Shown here: in pieces, positions 12,861 to 26,937 of the stretch
How the letters are laid out: each line of letters begins with the position of its first letter
Numbering within the stretch: position 1 is the first letter of the stretch
Source of the DNA: Octopus bimaculoides
Lineage: Eukaryota
Reading direction: 5' to 3'
Length of the DNA: 64,000 nucleotides
Assembly: GCF_001194135.2 (NCBI RefSeq)
Contig: NC_068987.1
Span: 14,845,806-14,909,805, forward strand
Notes under the pieces: model-generated
Databases searched by the model: none
Told to the model about the DNA's origin: nothing
Seen by the model: only the letters and a program-made list of their open reading frames with translations
Made by a program: the position numbers and the translations under genes

Positions 12861-13469
12861 GGTTCTTTAATACGTTTTAACTGAGGAAGCTATTGAAAGC
12901 AAATGTGTCCACTTATGAAAGACCACCATTTGTTTGGTCTATGGCAGAGAACAACTTCAAATACAGAAGAAAGCATTTATTATTGATCTGTTCGGAATAA
13001 TTACAAGTTACTACTTTTCCTGCTTCTAGCAACGTTGCTCTAATTACAGCACTGCGTAATGATCTGTATTAGTGTTTAATTATTGTGACCTCTTCGGTCA
13101 ATTGACATATATGACACATTCCATTGACGTCAAACCGATGCCGCAAGAGTCGTATCATATCGTATTACTTACTGAACAGAAGTACTTTTAGCGAGGTAAC
13201 CCTGCACTTAACGTATTCGTATCGCAATCACGTGACTCTAGGTTCGATGTGAGTGCGTTAGTACTTGTCGTTTGGGACCAAGTTTCTTCTAGATTCGTGG
13301 TAGACACGAGTCGAACGACACATTGTAAGTGGAATTTTGTGGAGTTTTGGTATTTGTTCTGCATCGAATTGCAGATACTTCCTTGTTCTTCTCACCGTTC
13401 GAAATTCTCTGGACCGGTTTTGGGGTATCTGTAAGCCCGTAACCACCTACCGATAATATTGGCTGCCGA

Positions 13470-13720
13470 ATGTGCATGTGTGGTTAAGAAGTTCCCTTTG
13501 CAGCCATGTGGTTTCAGGTTCGACTCAACAGCACAGCACATTAGGTAAGTGTCTTCCACTGTAGACCAATACCTTGTGAGCGAGTTTCATTGTCGGAGAC
13601 TGTAGAGAAGTGTCAGAGACTGTAGATAAGTACTGGGGTCGATTCGCTCGGCTAAACCGCTTTGAACGGTTTAGCCAAACAAATGGCCACAGTCCAGTGA
13701 CTGGAACAAGTAAAAGATAA
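13470..13720 (+). mobile_element. SINE family C, internally deleted copy
   Basis: Head gtgtggttaagaagttccc...ggtttcaggttcgactc; tail aagtactggggtcgatt...atggccacagtccagtgactggaacaagtaaaaga. Confidence 0.75.
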
Positions 13721-14708
13721 CAGTTAAAAGTTAAATTTAAAAAATAACCCAAGGAAGCAATTGGCTATAAGGAAACGACAATGCTGAGAACTGACGTAAT
13801 GCGAAAAATCGAAGGAAACTACAGCTGATCAGCTTAACACGCAGATGTACTGTTAGAATTACAGATCGAAACAAGTAAATAGTAATATAGTAAGAAAACT
13901 AGTACTGGTCTGGTGAACAGACAGACGTTTGTTTTGAGAAAAAGATTTTGTCAAATATATGAGTTTTTTGCGGAATTTATAAACAAGAGACCAAAGGGAC
14001 ATATATATACATACTACATATATCTCTCCGTTTTCTTTCTACGTTCAGTTGTTGTTTTTTTTTTCAGTCCTTTCTATAGGTGAGCGTAGGTTCGAAATTT
14101 AAAAGAAGTCTTCCATTTTACCTGAGCGTCAAACTATTATATTTTGTTTGTTGTTCCCTCAACTGTCTGCCTTTATTCATTTTCTTTTTTGTACGACATT
14201 GAACTATATAAGACAAGGCGTAACAATAAGTGTCGTTTCTTTTCTCTGTTTTTACCAGAGTGAAGTGGAAGATATTTGTATAGGTAGACAGCAGAAATAG
14301 CCAGTGAGAAAAATCGAAAGAAATGAGAGATAGAAACGAAAAGTGGTTGTTGTGACTGCTGCTCTTGTCTAACCAGAAACAAACTCTGACTACTCCATCC
14401 TTTCCTGTTTTATTTCATGCTTAGGAATACGCTAGTAAATGGAGTCCCAGACGATAACACTTCTGTTCAAGACAGCAGAGTGTAATTTGATGGAGATCTA
14501 GCTACTGCTTTTCACATGTCGAATTATTACCGAAAGGTTTCCTCATTGACTTAGAAAATACAGGAACAAAGAAGAGGTAGAGACTGTGAGAGGGAGTAAT
14601 GGTATGAAGAAGTTGGACAATGCAGAGAAAAGAGAAAGAATGACAGATAAAGAGTGGTGGGGTGAGAGAATCGAAGAGAATACGATATATTTATGCAAAC
14701 TGGGAACT

Positions 14709-14740
<32 letters not shown>

Positions 14741-15308
14741 TGAGTGAGAGAGAGAGAGAGAGAGAGAGATGGCAAAAAATGGAGTGAGAAAAATGGATTG
14801 CGGTATAAGGAGTTGTTGGAGAGAAGATAATAAAGGCATGACATAGCAATACAGAATTAAGGAGAATAAAATGTAAATTGAAAACGAAAGTAAATCTATG
14901 AGAGAAAGTGGGAGACAAAATGACTGAAAAGATTGATTGTAACAGAAGAGAGAGAGAGAGAGAGAAGAGAGGCAAGAGAGTGAAGAAAAAGCTTTAGGGG
15001 AATAAAGAAATAAAGAAGTGGACTATAATGATAGAAGGGTTAAAAAGCGACTATAAAAAGGTCACGAGAATAAAACAGAATTGAAAGACAGAAAGTGAGG
15101 TAGGATAAAAGTTAAAATAACTGGAAATTCTGCGATACACAGATAATTTTGAGATTTTGAAGGACAAAGAGGAGTCGTTGTTTTTCATAGCACTATAAAG
15201 GTAACATATCTAATTTATTTCTGGTTGATCATCTAGAAATTTTTATTTTTCAAATCTATCTATCACTCTATCTGCCTCTGTCCCTGTCTGTCTGTCTTTC
15301 TTTCTATA

Positions 15309-15351
<43 letters not shown>

Positions 15352-15792
15352 NNNNNNNNNNNNNNNNNNNNNNNNNNNNNNNNNNNNNNNNNNNNNNNNN
15401 NNNNNNNNNNNNNNNNNNNNNNNNNNNNNNNNNNNNNNNNNNNNNNNNNNNNNNNNNNNNNNNNNNNNNNNNNNNNNNNNNNNNNNNNNNNNNNNNNNNN
15501 NNNNNNNNNNNNNNNNNNNNNNNNNNNNNNNNNNNNNNNNNNNNNNNNNNNNNNNNNNNNNNNNNNNNNNNNNNNNNNNNNNNNNNNNNNNNNNNNNNNN
15601 NNNNNNNNNNNNNNNNNNNNNNNNNNNNNNNNNNNNNNNNNNNNNNNNNNNNNNNNNNNNNNNNNNNNNNNNNNNNNNNNNNNNNNNNNNNNNNNNNNNN
15701 NNNNNNNNNNNNNNNNNNNNNNNNNNNNNNNNNNNNNNNNNNNNNNNNNNNNNNNNNNNNNNNNNNNNNNNNNNNNNNNNNNNNNNNNNNNN

Positions 15793-15830
<38 letters not shown>

Positions 15831-16590
15831 CTAGATCGCGATATAGATATATACCGACTTCGACTTCTAATGGGGTCGTAGGGGCGCCATCACGATGTAT
15901 TAGGCGTCGTAAGCAATTGAAACCTAGAGGAATCCATCCTCTCCATGTCTGAACACAGCAGTACCGAACGTACGCATTAAAGGGAGAAAAGAAAGAGTGA
16001 ATGAGAGAGAGAGAGAAAGAAATAGAGAAAGAGAGAGAGTGAGTGAGAGAGGGAAAGAAAGAACAAGAGAGATTGGAGTAGAAGAATATTTTAATAAATG
16101 TAGATTATAGATACACATGAAATTGATGCTACATATATTAACTTATATAAACACGAAGTATTTATTGCCGAAAATGTTCAAAACATAATCAAGTAGAAAC
16201 AACGCCATTGTGAAGAAAATAAAATAAGAAAGAGGTATTTCCGGATACGTGATACAAAACAGATATTTAGATATTATCATTAATCCAGGATATATGCCTA
16301 TGTTAAGATATTTTGGGAATTATCTTGTCACCAGAAAGAAATAATACTGGATTATACATACATACATTTATAAATGCATACATAGATACATACATACAGA
16401 CAGACAAGAAGACAGACAGACAGATAGACATACATGCATGCATATACAATTGCATACGTATATGCGTGAGTGTATGATTGTATTTATGTGTATATGAGCG
16501 TGTGTGCGTGTGCGTGTGTGTGGGTTGTGTGCGTGCTTAGGTGTGTGCGCTCCGCGTATGTAAGTCAGTCAATTTATCTTATCTTTATAG

Positions 16591-17075
16591 GGCGGTGAGG
16601 TGGCAGAAACGTTAGCACGCCGGGCGAAATGCTTGGCGGTATTTCGTCTGCCGCTACGTTCTGAGTTCAAATTCCGTCGAGGTCGTCTTTGCCTTTCATC
16701 CTTTCGGGGTCGATAAATTANNNNNNNNNNGTTCAAATTCCGTCGAGGTCGTCTTTGCCTTTCATCCTTTCGGGGTCGATAAATTAAGTACCAGTTACGT
16801 ACTGGGGTCGATCTAATCGATTGGCCCTCTCCCCCAAAATTTCGGGCCTTATGCCTAGAGTAGAAAAAAATCTTTGCACGCCCGGCGAAATGCTTAGCGG
16901 TATATCGTCTGACGTTATGTTCTGAGTTCACATTCCGCCGAGGTCGACTTCGCCTTTCATCCTTTTGGCTTCGATAAATTCAGTACCAGTTGCTTACTGG
17001 AATTGATGTAATCGACTTAATCCCCTTGTCCATGTTTGTCCTCTCTCTTTAGCTCCCTGTGACCAATAAAGAAAT
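16591..17075 (+). mobile_element. Two tandem SINE family A copies (16591-16868, 16875-17075)
   Basis: ggcggtgaggtggcagaaacgttagcacgccgggcgaaatgc...gttctgagttcaaattcc; the second begins gcacgcccggcgaaatgcttagcgg right after the first tail. Confidence 0.9.
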
Positions 17076-18028
17076 GAATGTATCTCATCCATCTAGCTAT
17101 CTATCTGTCTGTCTGCCTCTCCGTTCATCCGTCTGTCTGTCTATCTATCTATCTATCTATTTTTCTCCCCCTCTCTCTGTATCTATCTAGCTATTTATAT
17201 AATATAGTATCGACGTTAGTGAGTGCGCACGCGCATGTGGTGTGTAGCGATGCTTGATTATTTGTGAATATCAACAAAATGGTTACCAGGAAGCAGGTTC
17301 TCCATACTAAAGATAAATATTGTAGAGACTCATATGTAATACAGTGAATTGAAAAATGTTTAGATAAACGTAGATCATCCAATCGTTTAGTATATAAAAT
17401 CTTTCTCTTGGCGTGTTTAAAATCACAAAGCAAAAACCAAGGGAGATAACTTCAATAAGTTCAATTGATCAAAATTTTTGGACAACGCAGACAATACAGA
17501 TTTGAATATATCTGATCAGTAAAGCCAACTGCTGAAAGCAACCGGCCTGTTTATTTTAGACACGATACTCCCGTGTTGACTCATGAAGTATGCACGTCAT
17601 TACTAACTACAACGAAAGCTATAACAACATTTGTCTTTCTATAGAAATATTTCTAAAAGCATTTGTCATTGTATCTCAGTTTTGCAGCTCCACTCGCGGT
17701 GCAAACTAAACTTTAAACGCTTCCTTCACATTGCTATCATTACATAGGGGGTGGGGGAACACAAACCAACCAGCGAACAAATCTGTATATTTTTAGTCGA
17801 CAGCACACGAAAGGAATATCGTTCATTTTCCCGATAGCTTTCCTTGCACAAAGCGTTCAGCTATGTGTTTGCAATTCTGGTTAGAGTGCATGCAGATACA
17901 CTACCCTCATCACCCTACACACATAACTACGTACGAAATGTGCAGGTATGTATGTGTGTGTGCGCATGCGTGTGTATCTATATACATATATGTATACATA
18001 CATACATACATATATATATATATATATG

Positions 18029-18107
<79 letters not shown>

Positions 18108-18294
18108 ATATATATTCCTCTTACGGACTCTGCTAACAGTCCACTGAAACAATTACAATATGAAGAATACCTGCAAAACGGCCGTTACCCCAAGGATGTC
18201 AAGTAGTTAAATAAATATATTCAGCTGCCATGCCTTCTGACTTATGATATAAAATAGACGTAAATACGTACATACTATAATACACACACACACA

Positions 18295-18327
<33 letters not shown>

Positions 18328-18894
18328 ACGCACACACACACGTACGCACACACACACATTAACTATCATGACAGGAAACTTTGGTCGCATACTTTTGCTA
18401 TCATGCTTATATCAGGAAATTTATCATACATATAATAATTGTAATTTGACTTCTATCAAATTTCCTGGTGTTTATGCAAAAACAATGAAATAAATTCTAA
18501 ATTCTAAACGAAAAATATGTCTTAAAATTAAATTAATTGAAATTTCTCATTTGTCTATTTTCTCCCATAACTAGACCGTCACTTATTCGCTCTCCTGTAT
18601 CTACTACTCTTCCACGTTCGCTGTTTCTAAGATTCTTTCTCTCAGTCTGAGTGAGGTTTGTGTGTGTGGTGTTTATTAACGAGCTATATGCGGTATAATA
18701 TAAAGGGACCATTTCCAGGAATCTCTGGGGGAGATGTAGTTGTTTCAAGTTAGTCGAATTAGCCAAAACCAAAACAACTTAGGCTAAGATCATGATATTA
18801 AATTGTCAACTCTTATTACCGTATACATACATACATACATATACCTACATACATACATATACCTACATACATACATATATTTATATCAACCTGA

Positions 18895-18953
<59 letters not shown>

Positions 18954-19261
18954 GATGCATACACATACGCATATACATACTATTTTATTATATTGATTTA
19001 TTGAGTATGCCGTTAATCAACAGCAGAGCTCACGGTAGAATATCGATATATTTTTACCCTTGCGAATAAAATCGCATGTCACCTGTCTGCTTCCCGCACC
19101 TTTCTCTATCCCAGCAACTTTCTTTTATCCCTCCCCATCTCTCTCGCAGCATCTCTCTCTCCCCCTCTCTCTTTTATCACTGCTTCTTTTTCTAAACCTC
19201 TGTCTCATTCTTTAAACTAACTAATTCTCTAAGCTTCTCTCTCATTCTCCCTCTCTCTCTC

Positions 19262-19341
<80 letters not shown>

Positions 19342-21875
19342 AATCGCTAAACATCTCCCCGCACTATTTTACCATCTATCGAATTCTCTAAGCTTCTCTC
19401 TGTTTCTTCTTATCTCTCTCTCCCTATTTTACTATCGGTCTCATTCTCTAACCTGCTCTCTCTCTGCCTGCCTGTCTGTATGTCTGACTGATTCTATCTC
19501 TCTTTCTCTGTGTCTGCCTATCTGTCTGTCTGTCTATCTGTCTATCTGTCTATCTCTCTCTATCTCTCTCTTTATCTCTCTCTCCACATACACTATACTA
19601 TCTCTTTTTACTGAACACAGCTTGTCTTTAATATCAACTAAAATAATCTACGTCCATTTGTCTTTCGTTTTTGTTTCTTTCTGTGTTTTATTCATTTCAA
19701 AGTCTGTCTCTGTATCTATTACTCATTTAACTCTGCCTCATCCTTTCGTTTTTCATTTTTTCCCCTTAATTTGTCCTTTTTTAAATCTTTTATTTCATAG
19801 TTCTTTTAAGTCATTAGACTGCAGCCATTCTGGGCACTACCTTGAAGGTTTTAGCTGAACGAAACATCCCCGTAATTACTTTTTATGTCTGGTATTTATT
19901 TTGTAGACAGGAACTNNNNNNNNNNNNNNNNNNNNNNNNNNNNNNNNNNNNNNNNNNNNNNNNNNNNNNNNNNNNNNNNNNNNNNNNNNNNNNNNNNNNN
20001 NNNNNNNNNNNNNNNNNNNNNNNNNNNNNNNNNNNNNNNNNNNNNNNNNNNNNNNNNNNNNNNNNTATATATATATATATATATATATATGCAGAGCTAT
20101 CACTGCAAGTTACGATGTTTGTTATAGGAATAAGTGTCTGCAATATTTACGTACTAATTGCCAGGAATGTGTTCAATATATAAATTGGTCTATCCAATAA
20201 TGTTACGCCACTACACTTGGTTCATATTTAACCAATACGCTTGTGGATAGCTGATGAGTTGGATGTAGTGCTGATGAGAAAGTAATAATTCTGGAAATAT
20301 GCATATACATGCATTACCTGTTTTTTTCTATCTTCCATTGTATAGTTTGCACAGACGTATTTAGTTACGAAACGTTGCAACTTGTAATACTGGCTCTGGA
20401 TTTCATAGAAAATCTATAGGGATTAAATTAAAAATGAGAACATCGCACTGCTACCACAAAGAGAACACATGCTATTGACTTATAAAAGCTTTAATATACT
20501 TCGCAGTCCATTATGGTTGCAAAATGAAAAAAACTCTATCCTTGCGAGCAATTAATAATATATATACATGTATAAATGCGTGTCATTGTTTCTGGGTTTA
20601 GCCTTCCAATGCGTGACACCCGGTGTTGGTTTGGTTACGTCCCTTTAACGAAATTGACAGTTCGGTAAAAGAGACCGATAGAATAAACACCGAACTTTAA
20701 GATAAACGTACTGGTGTCAATTTCTCTGACTATAATTCTTAAAGACATTGCCCAAACATGGCTGCTGTCTAACGACAAATAAAATGAGGTGAAAGATATA
20801 TTTTTGCATTCCTTTTTTCTTTTTCCTTTCGTCTTTCTTTCCAGAAATCGGCCTTAGTTCTTCCTTTCCTCTATCTCTGTCTCTCCCCCCTCTCTCTCTC
20901 TCTCGTTCATTCCCATCGACTTCTCTATCATTAGTTTTCTTTTCCTCTCCACGATTCAATTTTTAACTCCCTCGTGCTCCTTTCACCTCCTCGAATTTTA
21001 CTCTTCCCGTCATGACTTTTCACTCTTTCTATTTCTCTCTTCCCTACTCTCGCTCGCCCTTACTACTGCCCCACCATCCGGCCATACTCTATTTTCTATA
21101 TATTTCTACCACGTCGCTCTCTCTAATTTTCTCAGTTACTTACTCTAACCCCCTTTTCTGATTCCTCTTCCTCCTCCTCCTCCCCATCCCATTCTATACT
21201 CTCCTCTCCCTTTCCCCCTATTCGCAACACCTTTCCTCTCTTCATTTTCCCCTCTGCTTAGGGCTATCTATCTATCTTATGTTTCATCCTATTCAGTGAT
21301 TTCCCCCACCCATTTCTCTCTCACGCTGCTTCTCTCAAAGTATCCCTCCNNNNNNNNNNNNNNNNNNNNNNNNNNNNNNNNNNNNNNNNNNNNNNNNNNN
21401 NNNNNNNNNNNNNNNNNNNNNNNNNNNNNNNNNNNNNNNNNNNNNNNNNNNNNNNNNNNNNNNNNNNNNNNNNNNNNNNNNNNNNNNNNNNNNNNNNNNN
21501 NNNNNNNNNNNNNNNNNNNNNNNNNNNNNNNNNNNNNNNNNNNNNNNNNNNNNNNNNNNNNNNNNNNNNNNNNNNNNNNNNNNNNNNNNNNNNNNNNNNN
21601 NNNNNNNNNNNNNNNNNNNNNNNNNNNNNNNNNNNNNNNNNNNNNNNNNNNNNNNNNNNNNNNNNNNNNNNNNNNNNNNNNNNNNNNNNNNNNNNNNNNN
21701 NNNNNNNNNNNNNNNNNNNNNNNNNNNNNNNNNNNNNNNNNNNNNNNNNNNNNNNNNNNNNNNNNNNNNNNNNNNNNNNNNNNNNNNNNNNNNNNNNNNN
21801 NNNNNNNNNNNNNNNNNNNNNNNNNNNNNNNNNNNNNNNNNNNNNNNNNNNNNNNNNNNNNNNNNNNNNNNNNNN

Positions 21876-21906
<31 letters not shown>

Positions 21907-23314
21907 TGTAATATATATATATATATAATACATATGTGTGTGTAAATATATCGTCATCAATCAGCATACACTATATCACAGTTATAAAGAACTACTTAAT
22001 GTAAGCAGACAATAGACTTTATAATGTTCTATTCAACATATATTTACTATTATTTGTCATGGTGGCAACATAACAGATTACAATAAGAGCCACTATACAA
22101 TGGTGATATTGCATCTTTGATGTGGCAAGGAGAGAAATAGAATAGTGAATATCTATATTGGGTGATGAAGAAACGGTCGGAAACCGATAGAGTATCAGAC
22201 ATGTAAAGAAACCAACAAGATAACATGTTTATGAAGTCATGCAAGATGGCACTTGAAGGATACAGCTCGGTTATTACTTATCCAGTAATTTAGTTGCTAT
22301 ATCACACATATGTACAATATACTTACATACATACATTCATATCAATCTATCTGCTTGTCTCTGTCTCTGTCTCTCTCTCTCTTTCTCTCTATCTATTTAC
22401 ACTTACCCCCCGACACACGCACATACGCACTCGCACACACACATATATGTAGTGATAGAGTAGTGCGATCCAAAAGGTCTTGGTAAAAGTAGTGCACATC
22501 AAGCATGTACACGGCTTCTTTAGATGACATAAAGCGGATGATACTCGATCAACACAGTTTATTAATTGACGTACGTATGTTGTATGTTATACACTTCGTC
22601 TCATATCGAATTAGATGGAAATTTTAATAAGATGGCCGCCAATATACAACTCAGCCTTTAGCAACGAAGATTGTTAATCATGCAGCTATAACTTAAATGG
22701 TGTAAGGTATGGAGGAGGTAAATACTAGACTACATCTATTTCGAAAGCAACCAATGTTACAGCTTTGAGTTACGTAAGAAATGTTCAGCTTAGCTTAAAA
22801 TTATAGAAATGTATGTATGTATGTATGTATGTATGTATGTATGTATGTATGTATGCATGTGTATGTGTGAGTGTATGTGTGTGTATGTATGTGTATATGT
22901 GTTTGTGTGTGTGTGTGTGTATGTGTGTGTGTGTGTGTGTGTGTGTAAAATCTTTATTAAAATCATTTGCGACAGGTGTGAAGCTTTTCGCAGTTATAAA
23001 CTTGTCAAACGCCTCATTTTTGTCATGTGTCCCAAATCATTTTAATGAATACTAATCATTCTCGAACTCTGTTTACATACATGCATACATAAATATATAT
23101 ATATATATNNNNNNNNNNNNNNNNNNNNNNNNNNNNNNNNNNNNNNNNNNNNNNNNNNNNNNNNNNNNNNNNNNNNNNNNNNNNNNNNNNNNNNNNNNNN
23201 NNNATATATATGCATGTATGTATGTATATATGTATGTATGTATGCGTGTATGTATGTATGTATATATATGCATGTATGTATGTATGTATGTATGTATGTA
23301 TGTATGCATGTATG

Positions 23315-23368
<54 letters not shown>

Positions 23369-24170
23369 CATGTATGTATTCCTTTTCACTTTAATACAAT
23401 AGGGTGGTTTACGTCTTGTAGCTATCACAGTCTTGTGTTGCAGCAGAATACTCGTCGACTTTTCGCTGTCTATCTCGTCGTGAATCATACGTGTTGGTGG
23501 TTTTAGGGACTAAGTAATTTCAATAACGACTGCTTCAAACTCCGTATTCGAAGGCATATGAAAAAGCCTTCCAGTTTTGTGAAAATCATACTTATGTCAC
23601 CCCACGCTTCACGCTTTTTCTAGATAAACCTGTCGGGCAAGGAGGTATTCGCTTTTGCAACATACTGCTTCCACGCTACCTCCTTTATCTGGAATTGACA
23701 GATGTCCGATATTTCCTTTTGACTTGAAAAGCTAGTGAGGAATTGATTGCATTTGCTCGTAGTGCATTTGTTAATATCAGATAAATCTGCATTTTCGTTG
23801 GTCAGTATTGATCACTTTGTCAGTTTGTTTAATTAGCTTTTTCATTTCGTTTCTCTTACGTGTATTTATCTTACCGTTTCATTTCTATTACGCCTATTTA
23901 CCTTTCCGTTTCGTTCCTCTTTTATTTCTTCTTTTCGTTCCTCCTTAATTTTCGTTTCATTTCTTTTTTCTGTCTATTTTATTCTTTCCGATCGTCTTTC
24001 ATTTATTTATTTTCTTGTTTCATGCTTCCAAAACATGTATAAAGAATACTAGCCTCTACTATATTTGTGGCGATCTCCTCTTCAGACTAATCCATGTTGA
24101 ACCATTGATAAACCAAAAGCCAACATTGCTTTATATAACAGTATGATTCTTTATTTCTATTTCATGTGAC

Positions 24171-24908
24171 GGCAGTGCTGATATCAGAATAGAGATCGGA
24201 CTGAAAATGTATGGTGTGTTAGTCTTGAAGAGAGGCAAAATCAAATGTATGAACGGGTTAGCGATACCGTCGGCGGGGTGGGGGTTATGAAGCAGATAGA
24301 AGAGACGGGCTATAAGTACTGGGGGATGTTTGAAATGGAGAAATTCATGGAGAAAGAAATGACAAAAATTTAAGGTGGAGTACTGTGGAGTACTTGCATA
24401 AACTGAGACTGATACTCAAGTCGAAATTGAACGGACGGAATAAGATCGAAGATATCAACACCTGGGCGGTTTCACTCCTTAGATATGGAGCAGGAGTAAT
24501 CGCATGGTCAGTAGACAAACTAAACAGCTTAGACAGAAAGACAAGAAAGGTGCTGACTAGACATGAGATACTCCACCCAAAAAGTGACACAGACAGACTG
24601 TATATACCAGGAAAAGAGGAGGAAGAGGAGGAAGAGGAGTATGCGAACACAGCGTTCGAGCAGAAGCGAACAACATGGCATGGTACGTAAAAAATGTCAC
24701 AGAACCGCAATTATTGGAACTTCAAAACTTCTTAAGGCAACTGGAAATCCCATTCAAGATTGATGTCTTGTAAAAAGCAACCTTTTTGGGCACAGCGCAC
24801 ATCTTAAGGAAAGTATTGTCTGTCCGAGATCCTTGTTGTGACTTGACAAATGACTAAAGACTCCGGTGCATTTCTACCTAAACGGTGTTACGAAGGAATA
24901 ATAATAAT
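24171..24908 (+). mobile_element. R4/Dong-like REL non-LTR retrotransposon relic, 5'-truncated and internally deleted
   Basis: Translates (with frameshifts) to IGLKMYGVLVLKRGK, GYKYWGMFE, YLHKLRLILKSKLNGRNKIEDINTWAVSLLRYGAGVIAW...DRKTRK...HPKSDTDRLYIP (ORF 24385-24690), then *KATFLGTAHILRKVL; ends in an (AAT)n tail. Confidence 0.88.
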
Positions 24909-25113
24909 CCTTTCTGCTGGAGGCACAAGGCCTAAAATTTGTGGGGAGGGGACTACTTGATTACATCGACCACAGTGTTTTACTGGTACTTAAGTTATCG
25001 ACCCCGAAAGGATGAACTACAAAGTCGACCTCGGTGGAATTTGAACTCAGAACGTAGCGAGATACCGTTTAGCATTTCGTTCACCGTGCTAACGATTCCG
25101 CCAGCTCACCGCC
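24909..25113 (-). mobile_element. SINE family A
   Basis: Reverse complement of the family A consensus, ending ...ctaacgattccgccagctcaccgcc. Confidence 0.9.
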
Positions 25114-25479
25114 TTAATGATAATGATAATGATAATGATAATCATAACAGCAGCAAAAATAATAATTGCAATAATACTAACAACAACAATAGTAATCATA
25201 ATCCTAATTTGAAAACTATGGGCAGTAAAGTGAAGCTGACGAATACGGGTGCATTGTTAGCAACTGTGATTATTTGTGATGCTGTGATGGGGATTATGTG
25301 TGCAACAATTGTTGTTATTGTAATGAACTGACTTCACATCATTGATATGATGCGTCAATATATCGTCATTGAAAGGGTTAATGTTGTCTAGCTATCAATC
25401 AATCAGATAAAAGAACTGTATGAATTTTCATTGATCTGAACGAGGCTGCTAATGTTTATTTAATGGGTAGAGCATAATG

Positions 25480-25834
25480 ACGATGATGATGATAATTATG
25501 AAGACGACGATGATGATTGGTGGTGGTGGTGGTGGTGGTGGTGGTGGTGGTGGTGGTGGTGGTGGTGGTGGTGCTGGCGCTTGTGGTGTTTGTGATGTTG
25601 GCGATGGTGATTGTGGTGTGGGGGTGTGGTGATGAAGGTGGTGGCGATAATGAGGATGATGGCTGCGGCGGTCGTGATGGTGGTGGCCGTGATGAAGATG
25701 ATATGATGATAACGATGATGATGATGACGATAAGGATGACGACGATGATGATGGTGATGATGATGATGATGATGAAAGTGATGATAATGAGAATGTGAAG
25801 GATAATGACAGTCAAGATGATAATGACGAGGATA

Positions 25835-25876
<42 letters not shown>

Positions 25877-25959
25877 TTGGTGATGATGATGATGATGATG
25901 ACAATGATAATGATGATAAGGTTGACGATGACAATCATAACGACGGTGTTAATGATGCT

Positions 25960-25990
<31 letters not shown>

Positions 25991-26000
25991 ATGATGATGG
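25480..26000. repeat. (GGT)n/(GAT)n trinucleotide field
   Basis: Read directly; source of poly-V/M/D ORFs. Confidence 0.95.
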
Positions 26001-26804
26001 CATTGATGGTTGTTCGAAAATCAAAGATGGTGACGATTAGGCTGACTCTGATCAGTGTGGTGGTTGTATAGAATTGCATGTGTGTCTTGAATGTCTATCG
26101 GTTCGTGTGATGTTGCATCCCCGAAGATGAAAATCTGGCGATTTTCCCAATTTCCAAACTCTACGATTTAAAAGTGTTTTGTCAGATACTACTTGTTATT
26201 GCAGTGTTGTTAGCTTTAGCTTTAACATTATTTGGTGACGGCTCATGGTCTAGTAGATAAGGTGTAGTACTTACTATCACAAGATCGTGAGTTCAACACC
26301 CTAATCACTAGGTCATATGCCCTCACACACATACACATTTATGTATGTATGTATGTATGTATGTATGTCTATGTAATTGAGTCAAACCAAGTAACGATAT
26401 TTGATACGTAGGTTTCAGATAACTGTGCAATTTACAAACAGGGTTTTCATTCTTGCGCAAAAATCTTCTTCGGTTAAAACATGTCAAAAAATGTACAGAT
26501 TGGGGGAAGTTGCCCTTTATATATGGTCAGGATCATTTAAATCTCTTGCTAGATAAGAAGAGGACGTGGCCAGGAGGGGTAGAATATCTATGGAGGGGAA
26601 AAAGAAAAGAAAGGAAGGGAAGAAGTGAGAGGAAAAAGAGGCAAATGAAAGAAAGGTATTGGTAGAGTAGGTTTGATGGCAGAGGAAAGTTGAGAGAGAT
26701 GGGATCCTCGCAGAAGGAAGAGAAGAGAAAAGGGTCAATTAAATAAACGAATAAATAAGTAAATAACTGTACCAATGAATACATACTAAAAGCAAAGAAT
26801 GGTG

Positions 26805-26840
<36 letters not shown>

Positions 26841-26937
26841 TAATAATAATAATAATAACAACAACAACAACAACAACAATAATAATAATAATAATAATAA
26901 CAATAATAATAATAATAATAATAACAATAGCAATAAT

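Noticed and set aside
16662-16790. About 56-bp exact duplication on both sides of a 10-N gap
   Set aside because: Typical overlap of contig ends; an assembly artefact rather than a real duplication.
22629-22640. YY1-like AAGATGGCCGCC, and TAAT clusters at 46420-46530 and 62415-62480
   Set aside because: Isolated short motifs in AT-rich DNA are not evidence of regulation without conservation or chromatin data.
23420-23700. Minus-strand peptides DKGGSVEAVCCKSEY, TEFEAVVIEI and VIATRRKPP resembling an APE endonuclease of CR1/L2 LINEs
   Set aside because: Similarity too weak and fragmented to call without an HMM search.
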